NCBI GenBank assembly: GCA_031400935.1
Contig: JANNQV010000027.1
Location: 1-64,000 of the forward strand
Direction: 5' to 3'
From: Armatimonadota bacterium
Lineage (GTDB): Bacteria; Armatimonadota; Fimbriimonadia; Fimbriimonadales; Fimbriimonadaceae
DNA: 64,000 nt
The position numbers and the translations under genes are program-made. Positions 47,118-56,382 of the stretch are shown piece by piece (within the stretch, counting starts at the first letter, position 1; each line of letters starts with the position of its first letter). Below the pieces are notes generated by a model, which saw only the letters and a list, made by a program, of their open reading frames with translations, did not search any database and had not been told where the DNA came from.

Positions 47118-49408
47118 GCTACGTACACAATATCAATTCCTATACGGACGTCGTGGGGCAATTCGAGAATGGCACGTTCATTTCGTTTTGGAACCAAAAC
47201 CGTGTTGAACCCATCTCGCTTTGCAGCAATTAGCTTTTCTCGAAGTCCGCCAACGGGACGAATGTCGCCGGCAAGTCCAATTTCGCCCGTCGCTGCGATT
47301 CCTGATCGAACTGCTCGATTCGTTGCAGCGGAAATGAGTGCAATGGCAACTGCGAGTCCTGCGCTCGGGCCATCTTTGGGTACACCGCCTTCTCCTACAT
47401 GAACATGAATGTCCTTTCCAACATTTTTGGAGCCCAATAACTCTATGGAATGGGAGCGCAAATAGGTGACACCTGCTTGCGCGGATTCTCGCATGACTTC
47501 GCCAAGATTGCCGGTCAGTAAGATTTTTGATTCGGTTCCTTCTGGTTCAAGGAGGACAACTTCGATTGGCATTGAACTGCCGCCCAAAGAACATACCGCA
47601 AGCCCAAAGCAACTTCCAACCTTTGGTAATTGGTTTTTTGGTTCTTGGTAGTCAGATGTGCATATCCACTCATGCAAGTTATTGCAATCCACTTTTACTG
47701 ACTCACCCGCTAATATGGTTACCGCAGCCTTGCGGCAAATCGCGGCAAGCTGTTGATGTAATTGGCGAACTCCTGGCTCGTTTGTATACAAAGTAGCGAT
47801 CTTTTCAATGGCTTCATCGTCAATGAAGAATTTGCCGTTGCCGATTCCGTGCTCTTCGATCAATTTTGGCATCATATATCGCTTGGCAATTTCAACCCGT
47901 TCGGATGGTGTATAGCTTGTAAATTCGACAATTTCCATTCGATCTAGGAGCGCGGGCAAAATCTCCGAGACTGAGTTTGCAGTAGCTAAGAATACAATAT
48001 CGGAAAGATCGAACGGCATATCCAAGTAGTGATCAACGAACTCCGACTGAATAGCCGGATCAAGAACTTCTAGAAGTGCGCTAGTCGGGTCGCCTCGCGA
48101 TTCGCGCGAAATCTTGTCAATTTCATCGAGCAAAATTACGATGCTTCGTGAACCAGCTCGACGAATTTCTTTGATGATTCGCCCGGGTTGCGCTCCTACG
48201 TAAGTTCTCCGATGTCCGCGAATTTCTGCTTCATCCCTGACTCCTCCAAGTGCAACACGCGCCAGTTTACGATTCATTGCTTTTGCAATTGACTCAGCCG
48301 CGCTTGTTTTGCCGACGCCAGGCGGTCCAACGAAGCAAAGGATTTGGCCGCCAATTGAGCGAGACAGCTTTTGAACTGCCAAATACTCGACCACCCGTTG
48401 CTTTACCTCGTTCAAGCCGTGATGCGCTTCATCCAATATTCCTTTTGCTTCGTTTATATCTATGTCTTCGTTGCTAACTCGGTTCCACGGTAGGTTCAGA
48501 ATCCAATCCAAATATGAATCTATCATTGAAGACTCAGGCCCGGAGGCTTGGAATCTTTCGAGCCTTGCAATTTCGTCTAAAGCACGTTTTGCAACAACCT
48601 CTGGTGGATTGTTAGCCAGAAGGCTGTTTCTGTGCCGTTCCGCTTCAGAATTGGATTCAACATCGCCTAGTTCTCGCTGAATCGAACGTAGCTGTTCGCG
48701 CAAAAAATACTCTCGTTGAGCGTCGTCAAAAGTTTGATTTACCGACTTAGCGACATCTTGCTGAATCTCGTGCAAGCGGACTTCTCTGGCAAGGATTTTT
48801 GATAGCTCACCGGCACGATTCAGAACGTCGTGCTCTTCCAAAAGTGCCTGTTTTGCCGCAATCGTTGTCGAAAGAAAATAGGATATTGAATCAATGATCC
48901 TATCCGAAGGATCGTCTGGTGAGAAGGAAGCCAGCGACTCTAAGGGAATTGTGCTGTCCGCCTCGGCTAGCTCTGTAAACTTTGCCACGCAGAATCGAGT
49001 TACAGCTACGAGTTCATCTGTTTCAATTGCCGCAGAAGTAAAAGGTTGAGCCTCTGCGATCCACATTTTGGTGGTTTTCTTGACTGATCGAACTTGCATT
49101 CTCGATCCGGCACGAAGTACAGCACGAATTGAGCCGTCGGGCAATGGGGTCACATGCATGATTTCGCACGAAACACCAACAGAGTACAGTTCAGACAGCC
49201 GCGGATCTTCCGTTGTTCTGTTTATTTGCGTGACGCAGATGACATGAGAACCGTCTTGCTGGGCTTGATGTATGGTTCTGCGAGAATGCTCCCTCGTAAT
49301 AAGCAACGAATGAACGTGGCCTGGAAAGATCACAGCATCGCGAATCGGCAGAAGCGGAAATCGCGAAACGCTGTTTTGTACTTTCTCTTTGCTGGCGCGA
49401 ACGGACAT
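47000..49408 (-). CDS. lon: ATP-dependent protease La
   Basis: LON N-domain PLLPIRD, GPPGVGKT, LLDEIDK, catalytic DGPSAG and GGLREK. Confidence 0.95.
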   Translation of the reverse strand: MSVRASKEKVQNSVSRFPLLPIRDAVIFPGHVHSLLITREHSRRTIHQAQQDGSHVICVTQINRTTEDPRLSELYSVGVSCEIMHVTPLPDGSIRAVLRAGSRMQVRSVKKTTKMWIAEAQPFTSAAIETDELVAVTRFCVAKFTELAEADSTIPLESLASFSPDDPSDRIIDSISYFLSTTIAAKQALLEEHDVLNRAGELSKILAREVRLHEIQQDVAKSVNQTFDDAQREYFLREQLRSIQRELGDVESNSEAERHRNSLLANNPPEVVAKRALDEIARLERFQASGPESSMIDSYLDWILNLPWNRVSNEDIDINEAKGILDEAHHGLNEVKQRVVEYLAVQKLSRSIGGQILCFVGPPGVGKTSAAESIAKAMNRKLARVALGGVRDEAEIRGHRRTYVGAQPGRIIKEIRRAGSRSIVILLDEIDKISRESRGDPTSALLEVLDPAIQSEFVDHYLDMPFDLSDIVFLATANSVSEILPALLDRMEIVEFTSYTPSERVEIAKRYMMPKLIEEHGIGNGKFFIDDEAIEKIATLYTNEPGVRQLHQQLAAICRKAAVTILAGESVKVDCNNLHEWICTSDYQEPKNQLPKVGSCFGLAVCSLGGSSMPIEVVLLEPEGTESKILLTGNLGEVMRESAQAGVTYLRSHSIELLGSKNVGKDIHVHVGEGGVPKDGPSAGLAVAIALISAATNRAVRSGIAATGEIGLAGDIRPVGGLREKLIAAKRDGFNTVLVPKRNERAILELPHDVRIGIDIVYVAQLDEALSVALEPSVAGTVALRRTTHAAIGTAKSEATNA

Positions 49409-49477
49409 CTACAATACACTACCACCGGCAATGTGAATAAATGCGAAAAATTCTAGAAAACTAGAACTCCTGCGGTA

Positions 49478-50038
49478 CTAGTTTTTGGCAGGATTATCGC
49501 TTCTGAAGGATTCGACCGCCGTGAAGAACGCTCGGTCTGTAGCCATTGCCTGATTGTAAACCATGTCTATCACACCAAAAATTTCTAGAAGGCCTGAAAG
49601 CCGACGTCGGCAAATTTCGACACCTTCGTCGCCATTGCTTTCGGTCGGCAATTTCGCCAAACACTCTTCGATCGCCCCTACGGTAGGGTCAATTTCACGT
49701 CGTTTTCGCTCTCTCACAACGCGAGCGAACATTTGCCATGGATCGCTTTCTGATGAATAGGTGTCTCGCCTTTCTCCCGGATTTCGGGTTCTTCGAACAA
49801 TGCCCCAGTCCATAAGGTCGCGTAAGTTCATGCTTGCGTTGCCTCGACTAATCTGTAGTCGCGCCATGATTTCGTCTACTGTTAGGGTTTCACCCGTGAT
49901 AAAGAGCAATGCATGAATCTGCGCCATCGTTCGGTTTATGCCCCAACTGGAACTCATTCGACCCCATTCGACAATAAACTGCTCTTGCGCTTTTTGGAGG
50001 GGCGTCAAGCTTGACAATTTTTCAGAATTTTCGCTCAT
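49478..50038 (-). CDS. GbsR/MarR family transcriptional regulator
   Basis: WG.M...WGINRTMAQIHALL, ISRGNASM, RKRREIDP. Confidence 0.85.
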   Translation of the reverse strand: MSENSEKLSSLTPLQKAQEQFIVEWGRMSSSWGINRTMAQIHALLFITGETLTVDEIMARLQISRGNASMNLRDLMDWGIVRRTRNPGERRDTYSSESDPWQMFARVVRERKRREIDPTVGAIEECLAKLPTESNGDEGVEICRRRLSGLLEIFGVIDMVYNQAMATDRAFFTAVESFRSDNPAKN

Positions 50039-50175
50039 ACGTTATTTTACAATTATTGTAGGCTCGAGAAATTCTGACTAGAAATAGAAGGAACGCGAAT
50101 CGTCGAGATGCAGACTGCGGAACTGTGAAATCTTACTGGACAAAAGAGCATTTTCAACCGAAAACATTAATGTAA

Positions 50176-50841
50176 ATGTCAAATGTTGGTCAAGAGCTGA
50201 GCATAGGTGTACAAAATGAACTCACTGGAGTTCGAACCCGATTCCAGAGGATGACAGACTGCAAGTTCTTTACCGGCTGGGTCCAAGATTTTTCCGGTCA
50301 AAGAATTCTGGTGCTTTCGAGCCCGGAAGTTGTACTTACGACCGGTCAAGAATTTCAATTTGAAGTATTTGGTCGAGAGACAATCGCGTCGTTCCAAGCT
50401 CGACTTGAATTTGGTTCTGACTCTGGATTCTGCAGCCTCAATGCAACCGTTTCAGAGTCAATTATGAAGAAACGTGTCCTTGCTGCGGCAGACTTTGAGT
50501 TTGACTTTGCGATTTCGAGTGCTGTGAAGCAACGCAAAGCTACCGAGGAGGCACGGCAGCTCATAAAGGTTTTGGAAGCGCATATCGTTTCTGAATTGGC
50601 AAAAATTGAAGGGACGGTAGTTGACACCAGTGATAGCGGAATGGCAATTGTCTTGTCGGAGAAATTGCAAATAGGACGCCGGTTCGATGTTTGCGTGGAG
50701 ACGCGGTTGGGCCAAGTTCAATGTGAAGCCGTTGTCCGATATAGCAGAGCCAACAGGCAAGTTCCAAACAACTTCCGCACAGGATTTCAAATCGAGTCTA
50801 TAGATCGTGTGAATAGAGCACGTTGGAACCAAATTCAGTAA
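50176..50841 (+). CDS. PilZ-domain protein (paralog A)
   Basis: C-terminal VDTSDSGMAI...AVVRY...FRTGFQ. N-terminal RFQR.TD.KFF.GW shared with the next gene. Confidence 0.7.
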   Translation: MSNVGQELSIGVQNELTGVRTRFQRMTDCKFFTGWVQDFSGQRILVLSSPEVVLTTGQEFQFEVFGRETIASFQARLEFGSDSGFCSLNATVSESIMKKRVLAAADFEFDFAISSAVKQRKATEEARQLIKVLEAHIVSELAKIEGTVVDTSDSGMAIVLSEKLQIGRRFDVCVETRLGQVQCEAVVRYSRANRQVPNNFRTGFQIESIDRVNRARWNQIQ

Positions 50842-50889
50842 TGGGAAGGACAACACCAAAAAGTTGAAAGATTTCGGAAACATCGTCCA

Positions 50890-51495
50890 ATGAAAGAGAT
50901 TTTTTTGAGCCAATCATACGAGGGAACAAGAATCCGCCTTCAGCGCGTATCGGATTCTCGATTTTTCAACGGTTGGATTTTTGAGATTGAAAATGGCACG
51001 CTTATTGTTCGGCTCAACGGCCTTGACGAATTTGAACCCAAACAAGAGTTCTTTATTCAAGCCTATGGTGACGGGCAAACTGCGATGTTTCGTGCTACAT
51101 TCGAATTTCGCAATGGTCCACGTAGCTCATTCCAACTATTGACGACTCCCCAGACCATAGATTCAAGCGAGGCAGTACGAGTAAAAGTTGCCGACCTGAT
51201 ATGTACCCTAAAGATAGGCTGGTTCGAAACCGTTTGCGACGTTATTGATCTTTCGCCTACTGGAATTGGATTGCGAACTATGGCCACGGTAGAGAAGGCC
51301 GAAATTGCAAGCGTGACACTTTCCACAAGATTTGGCGAAATTTATGGCAAAGGCGAAGTTTGCTATTCAAAGACTATTGATGGCCTAACAGGTTCCTATC
51401 GTGTTGGGATCGAACTGTATCCATTGGCTCAACCCAATCAAACTAGGTGGAGTCAACTGCTCAAATACTATCTCGCCGAGTCTGAAGCCGCTTAA
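50890..51495 (+). CDS. PilZ-domain protein (paralog B)
   Basis: [10 protein letters not shown]...GEVCY...YRVGIE. N-terminal RLQR.SD.RFF.GW. Confidence 0.7.
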   Translation: MKEIFLSQSYEGTRIRLQRVSDSRFFNGWIFEIENGTLIVRLNGLDEFEPKQEFFIQAYGDGQTAMFRATFEFRNGPRSSFQLLTTPQTIDSSEAVRVKVADLICTLKIGWFETVCDVIDLSPTGIGLRTMATVEKAEIASVTLSTRFGEIYGKGEVCYSKTIDGLTGSYRVGIELYPLAQPNQTRWSQLLKYYLAESEAA

Positions 51496-51740
51496 CCGCC
51501 GCCAATTCGCTTTGACTCTTTATTATTGAGTTCAATATAATCTTTCCATTGCGGCGGAACGTCAGTGTCTACGAAAATCGCCGTAACCGGGCATTCCGGT
51601 TCACAAAGGCCGCAGTCAATACATTCGTCTGGGTTGATGTAGACCATCGTGTCTCCTTCATAAATGCAATCAACCGGGCAAACAGTCATGCAAGATTTAT
51701 CTTTAACGCCCACGCAGGGCTCGGTTACAATGTACGGCAT
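51492..51740 (-). CDS. Dicluster ferredoxin (FdxA-type)
   Basis: C..VKDKSC..VCPVDCI and [12 protein letters not shown]. Confidence 0.92.
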   Translation of the reverse strand: MPYIVTEPCVGVKDKSCMTVCPVDCIYEGDTMVYINPDECIDCGLCEPECPVTAIFVDTDVPPQWKDYIELNNKESKRIGGG

Positions 51741-51782
51741 TTGAAGTCTAATTGTACTTGGTGGAAGGTCAATTTGGCAGGG

Positions 51783-52370
51783 CTATGGCAGAGGCCGGAT
51801 AAAACCAAAGACGAAATGATTTACCCACCAACGATAGTTTGAATCTGCACCCGAACCGGGCATCTCATTGTTTCTGCTGATTGCAAGCGAGCCCATCAGG
51901 AACACGGAAGCAGACCGATCAATGGCGTCAATCGCAACCCTCCCAGCATCGGAAGCGGCCATCAACGCAATACAAAGAGGTTCGAATATGGCTCGGAAAT
52001 AGGCTTGCTCAATCCGATCTGCATTGTTTTGATCTCGAAGTCTCTTTGCTGAGTCAAGTGTTCGAAAAATGGGCAAATAAGTGCATTCACCGACTCGTTC
52101 GGCTAGCGCAGTAAGCGCATCTAGCGGATCCGCCATGTCGTTAGTTGATAGCCGAATTTCATCTCCTAATCTTGAGAATGCTTGTTCCGCCCACGCCACG
52201 AAAAGCTTTTCCTTATCACCGAAATGATGATAGAGGGTTGGTGCTTGGACACCGCTGACTTTCAGAATTTCGGCGATTCCGACCTCAACGTAGCTCCTCT
52301 CCGCAAAGAGCTTTGTAGCGGATTCCATAAGTCGAACTCGTCCCGAAACAGCAATTGATTCAGATGACAT
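51783..52370 (-). CDS. TetR/AcrR family regulator
   Basis: A.KLFAERSY...IAEI...GV..PTLYHHFGDKE.LF. Start 52370 follows TACAAT-6nt. Confidence 0.88.
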   Translation of the reverse strand: MSSESIAVSGRVRLMESATKLFAERSYVEVGIAEILKVSGVQAPTLYHHFGDKEKLFVAWAEQAFSRLGDEIRLSTNDMADPLDALTALAERVGECTYLPIFRTLDSAKRLRDQNNADRIEQAYFRAIFEPLCIALMAASDAGRVAIDAIDRSASVFLMGSLAISRNNEMPGSGADSNYRWWVNHFVFGFIRPLP

Positions 52371-52501
52371 TTGTATATTGTACGCTACATACACCTTCAA
52401 TTTCGACAAAAATTGCTAGCCTTTTTTCAATTTCCTCATTTTTCCGCAATGATTTGCAATCCTAAGCCATAATAAAGAGTACAGATTGGTAGGAACAAAA
52501 C

Positions 52502-52882
52502 ATGGCAATTTCATTAACCGAGCGCGCAGTAACTGAACTAAAGGACTTGATGGCATCTGAAAATCGTCCTAATACGGCATTGCGCGTGTGGGTAGCTGGC
52601 GGCGGTTGCTCAGGTCTTTCTTATGGTATGGCACTGGATGACGGAGATGTTGATGCTACCGACCAGACATTTGACCAAGACGGAGTCCAAATTCGAATTG
52701 ACGCGATGAGTCTTCAGTATATGGATGGAGCAAGCGTTGACTATGTTGACGAGGGCCTTGGCGGATTCAAGATTGAGAATCCAAACGCAACCTCAGGTTG
52801 CGGATGTGGATCATCCTTCAGTACAGAAGATTCAGGCGCAAGTTCTGGCGGCGGTTGTGGCAGTTGTAGCAGTAAAGGCTAG
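52502..52882 (+). CDS. A-type Fe-S carrier protein (HesB/IscA/ErpA family)
   Basis: GGGCSGLSY, NPNA..GCGCGSSF. Confidence 0.93.
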   Translation: MAISLTERAVTELKDLMASENRPNTALRVWVAGGGCSGLSYGMALDDGDVDATDQTFDQDGVQIRIDAMSLQYMDGASVDYVDEGLGGFKIENPNATSGCGCGSSFSTEDSGASSGGGCGSCSSKG

Positions 52883-52889
52883 TTCTTAG

Positions 52890-53264
52890 CTAATCCTGGA
52901 CAAGCATTTCGCCTTGGCGCTGAAAGACCATGTGCACGTATTCGGCAATGTCAATCCTCTGATCGTGGCTTTCTGGCAAAAATCGGTAGCCGCTTCCAAA
53001 GAGATCTGAATCAGGGACTTTTCGGGAACTTCGGACCTCGCCGTTCAAGGCAAGCTGTTTTCCATCTGAAGTTCCAATAACAAGTTCAAAATTGTCGCCA
53101 ATAGGCAGTCGTTCTTTTGATCGAAGCTGAACTCCCCCAAGCCCGACGTCCACAACAATCGCTCGAAACGGTTGATTTCCGTTCGACGGATAAATCATTG
53201 CGTAATCTAGTACTTCAAAGCGAGCGTAACGTCGCTGGTCTGCCCTCGTGTTCACTTTTCTCAT
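52890..53264 (-). CDS. Single-domain PilZ protein
   Basis: QRRYARF (RxxxR) and DVGLGG motifs. Start set at 53264, downstream of the promoter. Confidence 0.8.
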   Translation of the reverse strand: MRKVNTRADQRRYARFEVLDYAMIYPSNGNQPFRAIVVDVGLGGVQLRSKERLPIGDNFELVIGTSDGKQLALNGEVRSSRKVPDSDLFGSGYRFLPESHDQRIDIAEYVHMVFQRQGEMLVQD

Positions 53265-53289
53265 ATTGGGTTCATTGCCTCTGAATAAT

Positions 53290-53317
53290 ATATCGGCAAA
53301 TGCTTCCAAAAACTTTC
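53290..53317 (-). promoter_or_regulatory. Sigma28 (FliA/SigD)-like promoter of the PilZ gene
   Basis: Minus strand GAAA-N16-GCCGATAT versus consensus TAAA-N15/16-GCCGATA[AT]. Confidence 0.55.
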
Positions 53318-53390
53318 GCATTTAGACGCAAGAAACTATGAGGTGATTGGAAGCAAGTTGAACCCAAGCTCTCGTCTGTCGCTTTCGCAC

Positions 53391-53427
53391 AAAAAATGCC
53401 GCCCCCGACGAACGTCGGGGGCGGCAT
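53391..53427 (-). terminator. Intrinsic terminator
   Basis: atgccgcccccgacg-aa-cgtcgggggcggcat followed by a U-run on the minus strand. Confidence 0.9.
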
Positions 53428-53446
53428 AAGTTTCGATGAACTCGAG

Positions 53447-54832
53447 TTATTTTTTCTTGATCGAAGTGATCAGCACGTGGCCGGTCTTTACGTCAAACTC
53501 AACATCAACTTGAAGAGCATCTCTAATAAAGCTAAGCGGAACGATCGTTCTGCCTCCTTCAAGGAAGGGCACCATTTCAAGTTCAATTGACTTGTCGTTG
53601 ATGGACGCCATTCGATCTCCGATTTTCACCATGATCGTCGCGCCATCTACGTTCTTGCCAAACACTGTCTTTGTTAGGCTTTCCCAATCAACCTTGCCGC
53701 CATTGGCTTCCAAGAGGTGGCGAAGCGGAGTGAGTGGCACTCCGTCTTGGATTCGGGGCTGAACGTCAAACTTAACAGCCTTGGCGTTCATTGAGATTTT
53801 GAAATTACCGGTAGCAGGGACTTTTGTTCCATAACCGATTGAGATTCTCGATGCAGCAGTTGCGGCTACATAAACATTGCTAACTGTTGGAGCAGTTACA
53901 GAAGTCAGTTTTGTAGGCAAGGATTTTGGGCTCACCATTCGAGCACTTGCAGTAGCGGATTGCGTTGGCTGTGCGGATTTCAAACCTACTGACGAAGATG
54001 TGACCGTTTTGAAGCTATTCATTGCCATTGAAAGTTCAATTGGCGCAGCAGGCAATTTGGTGGCGACTACAGTTTTCGGAACAATAACTGCCGGCTTAAT
54101 TGCGGAAATCGTCGGAACTGCTTTTGGAATCTTCACTGCAGGGACGGTGATTGGCTTAATCGGCGTTGTTGCAGGAGTCGGATTTCGGCGAACCGTTCGT
54201 CCACCGGGGTTGTTTACAAATACTCGAAGTTTGCGAGTTTTGTGTGTAATGCTGTTTTCGTCAACTACCCAAGCTTGAAGCTCGTGCCATCCGTTTGATT
54301 CGATTGAACTATCCCAAAAATAGTTAAATGGCGTCGAGTTGCTCATTGATTTAAATTGGTCGTCAACAAAGAAACTTACGTAAGCGTTCCTCATTTCTTT
54401 GCCAAATCCAACTTTGATTTCGATTGGACCTTGAACAGTCGCACCCATTTTAGGACCAGTCAACTTAACTGGTGCTGGTGAACCGTCGTCCGTAGAAACG
54501 CTCATTTTTTGTGTGCCAAGCAGCTTGCCGCTCTTATCAAAAAGTCGAACTTCCACTTGGTTTTCGCCATCATTCAAGCTCAACAAATCGAGTGTGAAAA
54601 TGACTTCACCGGCTGATTTCGATGCTGAAACAGCCTGAGTTCCCATGCTAGAACCGTTGACTCGCATCTCAATCATGGAAGCGGCAACGCCCGAATATTT
54701 CACATGAAAATCGGGACTGTTTAGCGCCCTTTGAATCAGAATATCTGTGTCGTAAAACGCTGAAGCTGTGATCGCGGCGCAAACCGCTGAAATCACTAAC
54801 GCTACTTTGGCAATTAATTTTGTAGTACCCAT
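53447..54832 (-). CDS. Secreted protein with Ig-like (Big) domains and C-terminal copper amine oxidase N-terminal (stalk) domain
   Basis: Signal from MGTTKLIAK, PFNYFWDS..ESNGWHEL, Pro/Thr linker, FDVQPRIQDG..L.PLR and GRTIVPL.FI. Confidence 0.8.
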   Translation of the reverse strand: MGTTKLIAKVALVISAVCAAITASAFYDTDILIQRALNSPDFHVKYSGVAASMIEMRVNGSSMGTQAVSASKSAGEVIFTLDLLSLNDGENQVEVRLFDKSGKLLGTQKMSVSTDDGSPAPVKLTGPKMGATVQGPIEIKVGFGKEMRNAYVSFFVDDQFKSMSNSTPFNYFWDSSIESNGWHELQAWVVDENSITHKTRKLRVFVNNPGGRTVRRNPTPATTPIKPITVPAVKIPKAVPTISAIKPAVIVPKTVVATKLPAAPIELSMAMNSFKTVTSSSVGLKSAQPTQSATASARMVSPKSLPTKLTSVTAPTVSNVYVAATAASRISIGYGTKVPATGNFKISMNAKAVKFDVQPRIQDGVPLTPLRHLLEANGGKVDWESLTKTVFGKNVDGATIMVKIGDRMASINDKSIELEMVPFLEGGRTIVPLSFIRDALQVDVEFDVKTGHVLITSIKKK

Positions 54833-54861
54833 ACACCCTCGCCCATACTGGCAACACTCAC

Positions 54862-54891
54862 ATTCTCGCAGAAAGCGCCATAGAATGTCAA
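54862..54891 (-). promoter_or_regulatory. Sigma70-type promoter
   Basis: TTGACA-N18-GAGAAT with an upstream TG, about 30 nt before ATG 54832. Confidence 0.4.
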
Positions 54892-54966
54892 CCCTAACGT
54901 ACAGACGGCGCGTACGATTGAAGTAGTTCAGGTTAAACTGAATTTCGTTATCTTTATGGTGAGACA

Positions 54967-56283
54967 ATGATTCTTGCTGGTTTTCTAGCTCTTTCGATTG
55001 GATTTTCATCGGACCCGTTTACCCGTTATGTTTTTGAACATGATGCAACCACTCGGTGGACTCAGTCGCCAACCAAAGGCACCCCAAAGTCCATCAATTT
55101 GGTCAGTCAGACTTGGCACGGAGTCAAGTGGAAACACGATGTTACGATCAATCAGCCAGCAAAGTTGATCAACATGGGAACAGCCGTTTTGGTCATAACC
55201 GGTGATCGAACAGGCTTGAACGACGAGGCGTTTGCTACAAATCTAGCTGGAATCGCTGGGATGCCAGTAGCCACGCTCTATCAGATTCCGAATCAGCCAA
55301 TCTGGGATCAAAAGGAAGATGGGCTGATCGCATTGACCTTGCAAAAGTGGTTTGAAACCAAGGACGACTCTTGGCCGCTTCTTTTCCCGATGGCTAAATC
55401 CGCCTATGAGGCAATGAATGCAATTGAAAAGTCCACGGCAAAGACAAAAAATCCGATCAAGAAATTTGTAGTTACAGGTGCGAGCAAGCGAGGTTGGACA
55501 ACTTGGCTAGTAGCAGGGACAGGAGACAAGCGGATCATAGGAATCGCGCCAGTTGTGTTCGATAATCTCAACATCGTTGCCCAAATGAAGCATCAAAAGG
55601 AGCTCTGGGGGCACTATTCGCCGCAAATTCAAGACTACGAGAAATCGGGAATGCTGGCGGCGCTTGAAACGCCGGATGGGAAGAGGTTGGCTGCGATGCT
55701 CGATCCGCTGACTTATGCAGATCGAATCAAATGCCCTTTGTTTTCAATCAACGGGACGAATGATCCGTTTTGGGCGCCGGATGCGATGTCGCTGTATTGG
55801 GACAAGCTGAAAATGCCGAAATCGTGCCTGTTTTTGCCAAATGAGGGGCATACGTTTGAGACGAGAGGGGCGGTTGCTGACAGTTTAGGAGCGTTTGTAG
55901 CAAGTTGTGCTGGTGAAATAATCTGGCCATCACTTGGAACGAGAATCTTGCATGACAATGGCTTTGTTAGAGGTGATTACCGGTTTGAGGGACTACGAAA
56001 GGACAAGAATAAACCCGAGTTACCTCGGTTTTTGTACCCGGCCAAATACTTCGACCCAGGAATGTATATCTGCGACGACATCTTGCTTCTTCCATCCAAC
56101 GGAACTTGGAGAGAGTCCGTAAGAATTGTCCGAACTCGAAAAGAAGTTACATACGATCGAGTTGAATTTATATCAAGGAACCGAATCGAATATTCGTCTG
56201 GGGCAGTAATCCTAGCAGTTGCCAATGTTGGACGACATCGCATTACTCTTTCTAGTCCGCCAAAAGTTTTCCATCCGAAATAG
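54967..56283 (+). CDS. PqaA family (PhoPQ-activated pathogenicity-related) alpha/beta hydrolase-like protein
   Basis: SQTW...WKH, QIPNQP, WPLLFPM, GASKRGWTTW, GTNDPFW, PNEGH. Confidence 0.88.
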   Translation: MILAGFLALSIGFSSDPFTRYVFEHDATTRWTQSPTKGTPKSINLVSQTWHGVKWKHDVTINQPAKLINMGTAVLVITGDRTGLNDEAFATNLAGIAGMPVATLYQIPNQPIWDQKEDGLIALTLQKWFETKDDSWPLLFPMAKSAYEAMNAIEKSTAKTKNPIKKFVVTGASKRGWTTWLVAGTGDKRIIGIAPVVFDNLNIVAQMKHQKELWGHYSPQIQDYEKSGMLAALETPDGKRLAAMLDPLTYADRIKCPLFSINGTNDPFWAPDAMSLYWDKLKMPKSCLFLPNEGHTFETRGAVADSLGAFVASCAGEIIWPSLGTRILHDNGFVRGDYRFEGLRKDKNKPELPRFLYPAKYFDPGMYICDDILLLPSNGTWRESVRIVRTRKEVTYDRVEFISRNRIEYSSGAVILAVANVGRHRITLSSPPKVFHPK

Positions 56284-56382
56284 CGATTTGTTAGCCAGGT
56301 TTTTTACATCGGCATCTTGTTTCAAGGTCACCCATGCTAGAATGAAGCAACGCGCCAAGGATGGCTGCGTAATGGTTTTAGG

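Noticed and set aside
50137..50164. Sigma28 promoter before PilZ paralog A
   Set aside because: ACCGAAAA resembles the -10, but there is no acceptable -35 at 15-16 nt.
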